DNA of 64,000 nt from positions 1,664,001-1,728,000 of the forward strand of contig OZ241993.1 in the NCBI GenBank assembly GCA_965204575.1. Direction: 5' to 3'. The position numbers and the translations under genes were made by a program. A model generated the notes under the pieces. It saw nothing but the letters and a program-made list of their open reading frames with translations, did not search any database and was not told the DNA's origin. Of the stretch, positions 39,853-49,444 are shown piece by piece. The stretch is from an uncultured candidatus Porisulfidus sp. GTDB taxonomy: Bacteria > Pseudomonadota > Gammaproteobacteria > Poriferisulfidales > Poriferisulfidaceae. How positions within the stretch are numbered: position 1 is the stretch's first letter; each line of letters opens with the position of its first letter.

Positions 39853-42318
39853 TTACTCCAAGGATTTGCTTTTGGACAATGTTGCGTAAATTGCCAGTCC
39901 CACCGAACTCCTGTGCTTCGTACTTCCGGAGGCAATGAGAAGGCGCCGCACACTGTTAGTGGTCAATCCACCAAAAGGAATTTTACAGGTGAATCTTGCT
40001 CTGAATTCATCTCCAGTTGAGCCACGCCTCTTCCTTGTATATGCGGCGCGAAAAGTCTCCCACTGATGAATAGACGCTTTACATTCTTTTTGCATTCGAC
40101 AGCACAACTGTTCCACCATGAGCGGACTATCATGACCTAGTTCATCCTCTATGGCGACCTTCATTTCTCTAAAAACGCGTCTAACCCCTTTCAATTTTCC
40201 TGCGCGGCGCAATTCAAACACGAAGCGAGGGTCCGTATCCATCAAGAAATTGACGCTCTCTACCGTTTGAGCCAATTTGCTCTTGCCTTCCAGTCTCGCG
40301 CCGTTAGAATCCAAAATCGCTCTCTCAATTTCCTTCCAGCGATGCTTGTTATCTGTAACGACAACCACTCCGGTCAATTGCGCTAAAAGTAGTCCTAATT
40401 CAAAATTGGGAGTAAGATTCAAGCGTATTAGTTGACCCTTCCCGAAAAGAATATCCTCTTGCAACAATGCTAGCGGGTCTCTGAGACGTTTATTTTTTAA
40501 ATGCTGGAGAATTTCAATCAATTCAGCTTCTGACATAGAGGGAAATTGCTGCTGGATTATTGCCCGTCGCTCCGATTCCGACATTGAAAATAGGATGTGT
40601 TCAGCATCCGCAAAGATTAATTCGCGCATATCTCCAACATTCGATTCGTCTAGAGTTTTACCGCGCAAGCGCTTTTTAGCCATATCCAGCACATCCTCCC
40701 GAAGGTGGGCATTGAAAACACTTGGGTCTGGAATCAAATTGATATAGCCAGCTTCAATAAATGGCATTAATTGCAATATCAAAAAAACGTTCTTAAGTGT
40801 CTCTTGCTTGTATTTATGCGGAATGTTGACTGGGCTGCATTCGGGCCTGATTCCAGCAGGATTTACAAATGGATTGATAATAATTACTTCATCAAAGTAG
40901 AGCGTCAGACTAGTCGCAAACTTCGTAGTCATTCTAGGATCGACAATTCCCGAATAAATTGCGCGAGAGATTTTTTTGTTAGGTGCCGGAAGCAAACTAT
41001 AAATATCAGTATCTATTGGCCATAAGAATCCAAATGCTTCGTGGATCTTCTTTACTTGTTCGTTCGACAAATTTTCTCGAATATCGCGCCAAGTTTTACC
41101 TTGCGACAATCCAAGAGTATTGCAAACAATATTCGCGAAAGCTATGTTTCGTTCACGAACACTAAGTTCAGTGAATGATGGTCTTTCATTTATAGGTATG
41201 TCCCGGCAACACTCTTTGTACCTCCTGCCACTGCCACACGGACATGGCTTATTGGGCCAAACCCAACCAGATGGAGGCTTTTTCTTTAAATGGTCATGGT
41301 TGCTGGTGGTACGGCCAAATGCATCTTGGTAATGAACCGAACCATCTTTGTACTCCACAAATATTTCGCCCCCAAAACGGTGCAATTCTTCTTCGGGAGG
41401 TCTAAGCACCAAGTTAAGATCAGACCAAGGCGCACTGACTCGGTTTTCTGGAAATAGCCAGCCTTTCTCATGTGCTGCAACATATCTTTTCGCTCTAGAT
41501 TTGATAATAAAATTAATCTGCTCAACCTCAGAATCCGTTAGGCTACGACATCGGATAAAGGCATCTGTTCTAGCAAGGCTCGGCGCGAAGTATCGGGGGT
41601 TAGTTCGTTTTTCTAAGGGGTCTTCGGTATCTGGATTACTTGCGTATTCAAGGCTAGTCAGGATGAGGCAATGGTTAAATCCTAACGGAAATATAGTTTG
41701 CGTTCCTTTTAGAGAGACATGCGGGTCATAAGGGTCACGACAATAATTGGAATCCGGTGGGCAAGCACTGTTATATGTTGTTACTGGATGATCCGAAATA
41801 ATAAATTTGACCGTGGAATTTTCCGCAGACACGATTTCCCTAACTCCTTCTGCCCAAATGGTACAGTTGAGGTTCCGCAAGTGTTGCATCTCTTCCATTA
41901 ACGCTACTTGATCCAGATTGATATATTCTTCCCTCAACCAAGCAAGTCCTTTAGGCGTCCGGATTTTTTGTGCATCAATATATTGGAAAAAATTTAAAAA
42001 GTGCTTGTGGCACTGTTCGAAATCTCCAGAAATAAATGCGCGAACCGCCAAACATCCAAATTGATCAATTGTTCCAAATAAGTGCCTTTCGATATCATCG
42101 TTAATCTCTGAACCAAAGAAAGTTGTATATAAATCGCGCAACATAAAGCCTTTCGAAGGCGGCAGGGCTTCAAGTTCATTTATCCAAATTGTTCGGCCAT
42201 CAGGCAACTTCCGACTAGCAGGGGTTTTATCTGCAAACCACAGCACGCCCGTGCCGCCACAAGAAAACCCTTTTTGGTACCATTTCGGCACGTAATGATT
42301 ATTCCTTGACTTTGACAT
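39853..42318 (-). CDS. DUF4238-domain protein with central SEC-C zinc motif
   Basis: NHYVPKWYQKGF, FIISDHPV, PCPCGSGRRYKECC. Confidence 0.8.
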   Translation of the reverse strand: MSKSRNNHYVPKWYQKGFSCGGTGVLWFADKTPASRKLPDGRTIWINELEALPPSKGFMLRDLYTTFFGSEINDDIERHLFGTIDQFGCLAVRAFISGDFEQCHKHFLNFFQYIDAQKIRTPKGLAWLREEYINLDQVALMEEMQHLRNLNCTIWAEGVREIVSAENSTVKFIISDHPVTTYNSACPPDSNYCRDPYDPHVSLKGTQTIFPLGFNHCLILTSLEYASNPDTEDPLEKRTNPRYFAPSLARTDAFIRCRSLTDSEVEQINFIIKSRAKRYVAAHEKGWLFPENRVSAPWSDLNLVLRPPEEELHRFGGEIFVEYKDGSVHYQDAFGRTTSNHDHLKKKPPSGWVWPNKPCPCGSGRRYKECCRDIPINERPSFTELSVRERNIAFANIVCNTLGLSQGKTWRDIRENLSNEQVKKIHEAFGFLWPIDTDIYSLLPAPNKKISRAIYSGIVDPRMTTKFATSLTLYFDEVIIINPFVNPAGIRPECSPVNIPHKYKQETLKNVFLILQLMPFIEAGYINLIPDPSVFNAHLREDVLDMAKKRLRGKTLDESNVGDMRELIFADAEHILFSMSESERRAIIQQQFPSMSEAELIEILQHLKNKRLRDPLALLQEDILFGKGQLIRLNLTPNFELGLLLAQLTGVVVVTDNKHRWKEIERAILDSNGARLEGKSKLAQTVESVNFLMDTDPRFVFELRRAGKLKGVRRVFREMKVAIEDELGHDSPLMVEQLCCRMQKECKASIHQWETFRAAYTRKRRGSTGDEFRARFTCKIPFGGLTTNSVRRLLIASGSTKHRSSVGLAIYATLSKSKSLE

Positions 42319-42394
42319 TTCTGATGAATTCCATAGCACCCAAAGCGCGATCTTTGACTGGTTGCTCCGTGATTGCAGGATTTGGAAAATTCCC

Positions 42395-42904
42395 TTACAG
42401 AAGAGTTTTAAAGCTAGTTACTTTTGATCTGGAGCGATGTCTTTGTGCCCATTCAATGAGGAGTTGATCCGCATCTTCCAAGGTCATTTGGCCGTTGCGG
42501 ATAAGGCCAACAATTAAGTCTTCTGTCTGGCAAAACCGCAAGCCCTTGCTTCGCCGCTCCCCCTCTGTACGTGCCCTCCTATCCTGAACCCCCGCCACCA
42601 AGTTTCGAGTAATCGCTACTGCAAGAACGGCGCATTCACCAGCATCCAATCGACCGCTGGCGTGCAGATTGGCAAAAAGTTCCACCTCTTTAACATCTGT
42701 TACCCGCTCGAAATCAAAAATGCCTGAACTGATCGCTTTCTGTAGGGCTTTTTTCTGTTCCGGCTGTGTTATTTCTACGAGCACTTGATCAAGAAGTAGG
42801 ACCCGAAATCCAGCATGTCCCAACAGGCCAACACGTCCAACCTTCAAAAAATTCAAAAGTATCGACGTGTCGATTACTACTGTGGGCGGATTCTGCTGTG
42901 GCAC
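42395..42904 (-). CDS. PIN-domain protein (DUF3368-like)
   Basis: VVIDTSILLNF, V..E, LDAGE, QDRRAR; probable GTG start at 42904 after GGAGGAG. Confidence 0.82.
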   Translation of the reverse strand: MPQQNPPTVVIDTSILLNFLKVGRVGLLGHAGFRVLLLDQVLVEITQPEQKKALQKAISSGIFDFERVTDVKEVELFANLHASGRLDAGECAVLAVAITRNLVAGVQDRRARTEGERRSKGLRFCQTEDLIVGLIRNGQMTLEDADQLLIEWAQRHRSRSKVTSFKTLL

Positions 42905-42923
42905 TGCTGACTTAACTCCTCCA

Positions 42924-44168
42924 TCACAACCCCACAGCTTCCGCCAAATCAAGCGTCATTTCATCATCGATGTGAAGCAATCGGCCTATTTCTAGAAGTC
43001 GATTCTGCGAAATTTCCCCACGCCGCCAAGCTTCCAAGGCAAGCGGCAGGATTTGCCATTTCAAATCATGATCTTCATGGTTTTCTGCCGGGGCTTGACT
43101 TTCTTCTCCCTCCAGCATCTCGTTGGTTTGAAGCGCGTCTAAGTAGCATCTGGCCATGTCCGTTTGATCCAGCAGGATTTTCGCTTCATGCGCACTTATG
43201 ATGTTTAGGCCTCGCAATCTCCAAACTGCGGCCGAATAGCTTACTCCGAAATTCCGGCCGAATAAGGCAACATCTGGGTAGGTAATATGTTGCGACCGTG
43301 GCGGCACACGCAGTTCCCCTCGAACAACCTGCTCTTCCACACTATCCATAACCGTCTCTTCGCGACGTGAACTACGGCCCTTGCCAAGTTCGTATATGAA
43401 ATCCCTCGCACCGGCTTCCGGAACCAGAAATGCTGCCGCAAAGGCATTTGCTCGTTGCTCTCTCACATGCTTGGCGTTATGTCGGCTAGTAACGGTAGCC
43501 TGATGAGCCCTATCCATCAGAGCATGTCCATATTCATGAGCATAGGAGAACCGCTGACGCACTGGCGATTGCCCTCCATTGACTAGAATTCCCATACCAA
43601 ACTCTAGGCTCTTCAAGAAAAGCCCAGATACCTCGTCGGATAATTGCAAGGCAGCAGTCCAAATTCCTTGGGACCCAATAAGCTTGGGAATTGAGAATAT
43701 TGGTGCCAAGCCAAGCCCGAGACGCCGCCGTTCCTGGTTGGCCACATCTTGACCCTGTGCAATCGCGAGCCCCGTTGACCGAGGTTCTGGAAGCTCATAA
43801 CGAGGCAACACGCCCATGGAAACTCGGCCAAGTAAATTTACTAGGGAGGCACCCGCAGAAAACAGGCGAATACAGTGTCTGGCCTGTTTCTCCACTGCTT
43901 CATTTTCTAAACTCGGTTCAGCTCGAAATAGAGCAAAGACAGGATCTTCGAGCGGCGCATCTGGATTCACAAACCACTCAACAGAGCGACCATACAATTC
44001 AGCAAGGCGCATTAGTTCTAGCGTGGAAACTTGGCGTTTCCCTGACTCCATCAAACTAATTGCTGAACTCTGGAGTCCGACTCCAGCCGCCACTGCGCTT
44101 TGGGTAAGCCCTCGACTCTCACGGGCGACCCGTAGCCGCTCTCCAAATTGTTTAGTGCTGATTGGCAT
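42924..44168 (-). CDS. XRE HTH plus ImmA/IrrE-family zinc metallopeptidase
   Basis: FGERLRVARESRGLTQ HTH; RFSYAHEYGH (HExxH); EQRANAFAAAFL; SD GGAGG before MPIST. Confidence 0.92.
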   Translation of the reverse strand: MPISTKQFGERLRVARESRGLTQSAVAAGVGLQSSAISLMESGKRQVSTLELMRLAELYGRSVEWFVNPDAPLEDPVFALFRAEPSLENEAVEKQARHCIRLFSAGASLVNLLGRVSMGVLPRYELPEPRSTGLAIAQGQDVANQERRRLGLGLAPIFSIPKLIGSQGIWTAALQLSDEVSGLFLKSLEFGMGILVNGGQSPVRQRFSYAHEYGHALMDRAHQATVTSRHNAKHVREQRANAFAAAFLVPEAGARDFIYELGKGRSSRREETVMDSVEEQVVRGELRVPPRSQHITYPDVALFGRNFGVSYSAAVWRLRGLNIISAHEAKILLDQTDMARCYLDALQTNEMLEGEESQAPAENHEDHDLKWQILPLALEAWRRGEISQNRLLEIGRLLHIDDEMTLDLAEAVGL

Positions 44169-44253
44169 GTCCCTACCTCCTCTGAGAAGATTTTCACATC
44201 CCATAGATCAATTTTTCCATACAATGCATGAAATTACAAGTTTTTGGATAAAA

Positions 44254-44282
44254 TTGACATTTTAGATTAGATAATCTAAAAT
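44254..44282 (+). promoter_or_regulatory. Near-consensus sigma70 promoter overlapped by a perfect palindromic operator
   Basis: TTGACA 44254-44259, 17-bp spacer, TAAAAT 44277-44282; palindrome ATTTTAGATTA-GA-TAATCTAAAAT 44259-44282. Confidence 0.75.
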
Positions 44283-44370
44283 TTTTAGCAGCCAATTTCA
44301 AAAATGAAAATGCAACCAATACTCTGGAGAAAAAAAGAAAATGGCAAAAAAAAATGGAATGGATGGATTA

Positions 44371-44601
44371 TTCGGGAGGGCGGCACGCCACCCCAACCTG
44401 CGCATGTGCTAAACACAAATTTAAGTGCAAAAGGAGGTGGTGAATATGAGAAGAATTAAATGTAGGTGTTTACGGACACGTCGGAGATCCGGACGAAAAG
44501 TTGTTCGTGTACGGTCACATGTTCGGTCTAGGCCGGGCTCAATTTCTAGGCGCTGCCGGTAAGTGGCAGATTTGATTAACCGTGGCGTGCCGCTCCCCGA
44601 A
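44371..44601 (+). repeat. Long-range ~20-bp inverted repeat enclosing a small ORF (candidate structured RNA)
   Basis: TTCGGGAGGGCGGCACGCCAC 44371-44391 pairs with GTGGCGTGCCGCTCCCCGAA 44582-44601 (12 perfect bp, one G-U, one bulge). Confidence 0.75.
44446..44562 (+). CDS. 38-aa Arg-rich small protein (absent from the ORF track)
   Basis: AAGGAGGTG SD then ATG; MRRIKCRCLRTRRRSGRKVVRVRSHVRSRPGSISRRCR. Confidence 0.65.
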   Translation: MRRIKCRCLRTRRRSGRKVVRVRSHVRSRPGSISRRCR

Positions 44602-44643
44602 ACCGTTTCAATCTCAAACATCTGAAGAAAATTACATCATCCC

Positions 44644-45879
44644 TCAGGTCACTGCCCTTTGCATGGACAACACCACCCGCGTAAACCCTCCGGACACCTC
44701 GAACGAAGGTGCCGGCAGACGGAATTCTTCGACCTGCGCGAGCGCCTTGTCAATTCCGCTGCCGCGGTCCTCGCTGAAACCGAAACGGCGCATCAGGGAA
44801 ACCAGCGCCTCGTTGCGCGACCGCGGAGGCATGTCGACCAGACGGAGTTTATCGAGCAAGGGTTCGCCGGGGTTCGTAATCTCGACCCGGCTGTCGAAAA
44901 TCTCCACCATCGGGCCTGCCCCCGTCACGGTGAAATCCTGATGGATGAGCGCATTCGTGACCAATTCACGTACCGCGAGCGGGGGATACGCGAAGACCGT
45001 CCTGCGCAAGGCTCCCTTGATTACCTCGCGACTCGGCAACAGGTCGTCAATGTGGCCCGTGACCCCGCGAAGCCCCGCCGCATATCCCATGCCGTGGGAC
45101 CGCTCGACCGCGCTTCCGGTTCGGTCGTCCCCCGAATACTGAATCACCCGCATGGACTTCCGCCCGAGCCCGGGGAACTCATTGAGATCCTTGGCAAGGA
45201 GGGTCGCTCCAAGGTTGAGGATGTCCCAGCCCCCCGCATCGCACTGGCGGATCAGGCCGTCTCCGGCCAAGGCATCCATGATGCCGCTGCGGCTTTCCGG
45301 CAGCGGAAGGTCTAACAGGTCGAAATAGACCGGATAGTCGAGCAGGCGGAACACCTCGTCCGGAGCCATGTTCTCCAGACACGTCATGGCCTCGAACCGG
45401 GTCCGGTCGAAGGCGCGCCACAATGCCCTCTCTTTTTCCGGGACATTCCTCAGAGGCTTTGTCGTGCTTCCCACCCGCACGTAGTCCATTCCGTTGAAAC
45501 GCACTGGGTGGCGGGCGGCGCAGGCGATTTCCAAAACGACCAACGGCTTTCCATCAAAATCGATGGGATGGAAGCTGAAGTCGATTTTCGGCTCCAGCAA
45601 TCGGAGCAGCCAAGTCTCCAAAGGTTCATTGCCCTTCTTCGCGTGCTGCGGGGAGAACTTCGTGCCGACCGGCACATGCGTATCATCCTCCACGCCCCAG
45701 ACCACATACCCGTATGGCCGGTCATTCAATGTCGCTGCATTGGCCAGCGCTGAGATGTATTCCCCGATCTCCCTCGGATCGGCCTTGTCGCGCTTGAATT
45801 CCAACCACTCCGTCTCGGGCTGGCGGCACAGCGTTCGTGCAAGGTCGGCGAGATAGGCTGCTGTGCGTTGAGGGCTCAT
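44644..45879 (-). CDS. Schlafen/AlbA_2 plus HATPase_c_4 protein, probably C-terminally truncated
   Basis: ETEWLEFK, ISALAN, VWGVED; AVRELVTNALIHQD, EITNPG, SRN, EDRGSG; ends without the usual C-terminal wHTH. Confidence 0.8.
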   Translation of the reverse strand: MSPQRTAAYLADLARTLCRQPETEWLEFKRDKADPREIGEYISALANAATLNDRPYGYVVWGVEDDTHVPVGTKFSPQHAKKGNEPLETWLLRLLEPKIDFSFHPIDFDGKPLVVLEIACAARHPVRFNGMDYVRVGSTTKPLRNVPEKERALWRAFDRTRFEAMTCLENMAPDEVFRLLDYPVYFDLLDLPLPESRSGIMDALAGDGLIRQCDAGGWDILNLGATLLAKDLNEFPGLGRKSMRVIQYSGDDRTGSAVERSHGMGYAAGLRGVTGHIDDLLPSREVIKGALRRTVFAYPPLAVRELVTNALIHQDFTVTGAGPMVEIFDSRVEITNPGEPLLDKLRLVDMPPRSRNEALVSLMRRFGFSEDRGSGIDKALAQVEEFRLPAPSFEVSGGFTRVVLSMQRAVT

Positions 45880-46083
45880 GTCGCGATTTCCCCTGAACAT
45901 AAAGAGAATCAGGGTATCCATTGTATAAGCACGACCCGCACGTTTGGCAAACACACAAGCGGAAGCCGCCCTGCACGAGGAGGCAGGATTCCGGTTTCGA
46001 ACACGCACCTGGAATCGGGATGAAGAATCTCCTGCGCGGTTTCAATCAAACAACCATCAAGCAAATATTTTTCTATAAAATCA

Positions 46084-46101
46084 TTATATTTCAATCTATT
46101 A
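46084..46101. repeat. 18-bp direct repeat, copy 1 (IHF-site-like)
   Basis: TTATATTTCAATCTATTA, identical to 49132-49149. Confidence 0.7.
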
Positions 46102-46325
46102 TATAATATTCCTTTATTTTTTATCAGAAATAATGGATTTTCTATCAAACAAACTTTAGGGTTCCGGGTTATGGGCAATATGAGAACCCCAACCTTCTGG
46201 AACCGCGAGAGCCCCTCACCCTGTTTTCCACCCTCGTCTCCCATACTCATACTGTGGCGGAAGCCCTGAACCCTGTAAACTAATTGGAACCGCATCGCCT
46301 GATTTTCCGTACTGTAGTTTTCGAG

Positions 46326-48785
46326 ATGGGCAACAAAACACCTCCTCAATCACCTGACCCCCCATCAGACCAGAGCGACGTTCCGGCCATCAGGAAACGT
46401 CTTGCCGAACTCTCTGCCGAGCAGCGCGAACTGGAAGCACAACTCGCCGACCTGACCCGCCGACCATCACGCAAGCATCGTCCTGTCGCTCCCGCCAGAC
46501 AAGTGACCTGTGCGTCTCCCCCGGCCGAAAAAATCACCCTGTTCCGCTCCCTGTTCCGGGGACGGGAAGATGTCTTCCCCAAGTTCTGGATCAACACGAA
46601 AAGCGGGAAGTCAGGCTACTCGCCAGCCTGCGCCAACGAGTGGAAGCCCGGGCTGTGCCGCAAGCCAGCCATCAAATGCGGGGAATGCCCCAACAGCGCC
46701 TTCGCCCCGGTGACCGACGCGACCATCGAGCAGCACCTGCGCGGAAGCAACTCGAAAGACCAGGATTTCATGATGGGCATCTATCCCATGCTGACCGACG
46801 AGACCTGCTGGCTTCTGGTCGCCGACTTCGACGGAGACGCATGGCGCCGCGATGCTTTCGCCTTTCTCGAAACCTGCCAAATGCGGAATATCCCCGCTTC
46901 CCTTGAACGCTCCCGTTCCGGAAGCGGCGGCCATGTTTGGATCTTCTTTTCGGAACCCGTCCCGGCCACCCTGGCCCGCCGCTTCGGAACGCGACTTCTG
47001 GCCGAAACCATGGAACGCAGGCCGGAGGTCGGGTTCGGCTCCTACGACCGCTTCTTCCCCAGTCAGGACACCCTGCCGAATGGAGGATTTGGGAACCTGA
47101 TCGCCCTGCCCCTGCAGAAGCGGCCTAGGCAGGACGGCCACAGCCTGTTCGTGGACGAGAAATTCCAGCCTTATGCGGACCAGTGGGAATACCTGTCTTC
47201 GATACGGCGCCTGACCTTGCAAGAGATAGCTGCCCATCTGGAGGAAACCCAGCCATCGGAGTACCTGCCCGGCCTGCATCTGCCCACGAGCGAGGAAGAC
47301 GAAAAGGGTCCCTGGCTGATTCCTCCGTCCCGGGAAAAGCCCAAGATCCCTATCACTGGCCCTCTCCCGGAAACAATCGACATGGTGCTGGGGAATCAGG
47401 TGTACATTGACCGGAGCGGACTGCCCCCGGCTCTAGCGAACCGGCTCCTTCACCTGGCTGCATTCCAGAATCCAGAGTTCTACCAAGCCCAAGCCGTGCG
47501 CCGCTCCACTTTCGGCATCCCCCGAATCATAGGATGCGCAGAACTGCATTCGCGCCATATCGCCCTTCCCCGCGGCTGCCTTGAGCCGGCCGAATCGCTA
47601 CTGTCCTCGCTGGGCATTCGGGTCGCGTTCAGCGATAAACGCAACCCCGGACGCCCCATATCGGTTTCTTTCCTTGGCGAACTGACGCCGGAACAGCAGG
47701 AAGCAAAAGACGCCCTGCTGCCACATGAAACCGGAGTCTTGGCAGCAACCACCGCTTTCGGCAAAACCGTCGTCGCCTCCTCCATCATCGCTGCCCGAAA
47801 AACGAACACCCTGATTCTTGTTCACCGCCGCCAACTTCTCGACCAGTGGGTCGCGCGACTCCAGACCTTCCTGAACATCTCCGATGGCGAGGTCGGAAAA
47901 ATCGGCGGCGGCAAGCGAAATCCGGGCAGCATCGTGGATGTCGCGATCATCCAAAGCCTGGTACGGAAAGGAGAGGTCGATGATCTCGTCTCGGACTACG
48001 GCCAACTGATCGTCGACGAATGCCACCATCTGGCTGCCGTGAGTTTCGAGTCAGTCGCGCGCCGTTGCAGGGCCCGCTATGTTCTCGGACTGTCCGCCAC
48101 GGTCACACGGAAAGATGGCCACCATCCCATCATCTTTATGCAGTGCGGCCCGGTACGTTATCGCGCGAACGCCCGGAAACAGGCTGCCCGGCTGCCGTTC
48201 AGCCATCGGGTGGATGTCCGGCACACCGGGTTTGTCCCTCCTTTGGAAATGGCTGACGAACCACCACCCATCCAACAGGTCTACGCCACCCTGGCCCAAA
48301 GCGAAAAGCGAAACGACATGATCTTCGATGATATTCTGTCGGCCCTTGAAGCCAAGCGGTCGCCTCTAGTCCTGACCGAGCGGAGGGACCATGCGCTGTA
48401 TCTGGCCACACGACTTGCGCCCTTCGCCCGTAACGTCATTGTCCTGCACGGTGGCATGGGGGTGAAAGCCAGACGGACTACGATGCAGAAGCTGGAAAAC
48501 ATCGGAGACCGGGAAGAGCGATTGCTGATTGCCACAGGTCGCTACATCGGCGAAGGTTTCGATGACGCTCGACTGGATACGCTGTTCCTGACTATGCCGG
48601 TTTCCTGGCGTGGAACACTCGCGCAATACGCCGGTCGCCTGCATCGAATCCATCCGGGTAAACGCGAAGTCGTCATTTACGATTATGTCGATGACGCCAT
48701 GCCCGTGCTGGCCCGCATGAGCGACAGGCGGGCAAAAGGCTACGCCAGTTTGGGCTACTCGGTCAATAATCGTCAGGCATCATAG
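46326..48785 (+). CDS. AEP (TOTE-type) primase domain fused to an SF2 DExH helicase
   Basis: LFRGREDV, Cys cluster, ADFD, RSRSGSGGHVW, GNLIALPLQ; ATTAFGKT, DECH, LSAT, GEGFD, QYAGRLHR. Confidence 0.87.
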   Translation: MGNKTPPQSPDPPSDQSDVPAIRKRLAELSAEQRELEAQLADLTRRPSRKHRPVAPARQVTCASPPAEKITLFRSLFRGREDVFPKFWINTKSGKSGYSPACANEWKPGLCRKPAIKCGECPNSAFAPVTDATIEQHLRGSNSKDQDFMMGIYPMLTDETCWLLVADFDGDAWRRDAFAFLETCQMRNIPASLERSRSGSGGHVWIFFSEPVPATLARRFGTRLLAETMERRPEVGFGSYDRFFPSQDTLPNGGFGNLIALPLQKRPRQDGHSLFVDEKFQPYADQWEYLSSIRRLTLQEIAAHLEETQPSEYLPGLHLPTSEEDEKGPWLIPPSREKPKIPITGPLPETIDMVLGNQVYIDRSGLPPALANRLLHLAAFQNPEFYQAQAVRRSTFGIPRIIGCAELHSRHIALPRGCLEPAESLLSSLGIRVAFSDKRNPGRPISVSFLGELTPEQQEAKDALLPHETGVLAATTAFGKTVVASSIIAARKTNTLILVHRRQLLDQWVARLQTFLNISDGEVGKIGGGKRNPGSIVDVAIIQSLVRKGEVDDLVSDYGQLIVDECHHLAAVSFESVARRCRARYVLGLSATVTRKDGHHPIIFMQCGPVRYRANARKQAARLPFSHRVDVRHTGFVPPLEMADEPPPIQQVYATLAQSEKRNDMIFDDILSALEAKRSPLVLTERRDHALYLATRLAPFARNVIVLHGGMGVKARRTTMQKLENIGDREERLLIATGRYIGEGFDDARLDTLFLTMPVSWRGTLAQYAGRLHRIHPGKREVVIYDYVDDAMPVLARMSDRRAKGYASLGYSVNNRQAS

Positions 48786-49131
48786 GGATCGGAAATCCCG
48801 CATCAGCAAGGTTGCACACAGTACTCTCTCCGCATCATCACGAAATGCCTTCAAGCGACGCAGCCAGTTTTCCTTGCGGTGACGCCATCCTATTCCTCCC
48901 GCATCTGCAAGTAGATTACGCCGTGCAAGAACAAGTTTATTATGTTGTGGTCATGCAAGTGCATCGCGCGTGCTTGTCGGAGAATGCGAGCAAGCGCATA
49001 TCCTCAGGGCAACCCTAAAGACGTGCATGCGGTTCATCGTGTGCGGTCCGGGGCGAAAGAGCAGCAGTGCTTCCACGTCGGTTCTCTTGACGACACGGCG
49101 GCAATGCTCCCTGCTGATGCCAAAAAATACC

Positions 49132-49149
49132 TTATATTTCAATCTATTA
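49132..49149. repeat. 18-bp direct repeat, copy 2
   Basis: TTATATTTCAATCTATTA. Confidence 0.7.
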
Positions 49150-49444
49150 GAAAAAATGAAAGTTAAGGGGGGTGAAAAACCAAAGTTTGCGTCTTCAGCT
49201 ATTTGAAATTAAATACATTTCCATGTTCTTTGGATGCCAGATCCAAAGAGGCCAAGAAATCTCACGAAATCTTCCAGAAAGCCAGATATTTATAGCCCGC
49301 CCGGCTACCCGCCATATGAAACTCCCGACTTGAAATCCGCGACCGGGAAACCACGGAGTCTCCACATCACAAATATCCCGAAGCCCCCCCAAGAGCCACC
49401 GCTCCATCCTTGCTAAAATGCGGCATCCAGCCACTGCGCCCCCC

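Noticed and set aside
44371-44601. Retron msr/msd interpretation of the long inverted repeat
   Set aside because: No reverse transcriptase gene in the window
48790-49410. Possible ncRNA or riboswitch in the long intergenic region
   Set aside because: Only short hairpins (for example CTTTGGAT/ATCCAAAG); no family recognisable by eye; an Rfam search is needed
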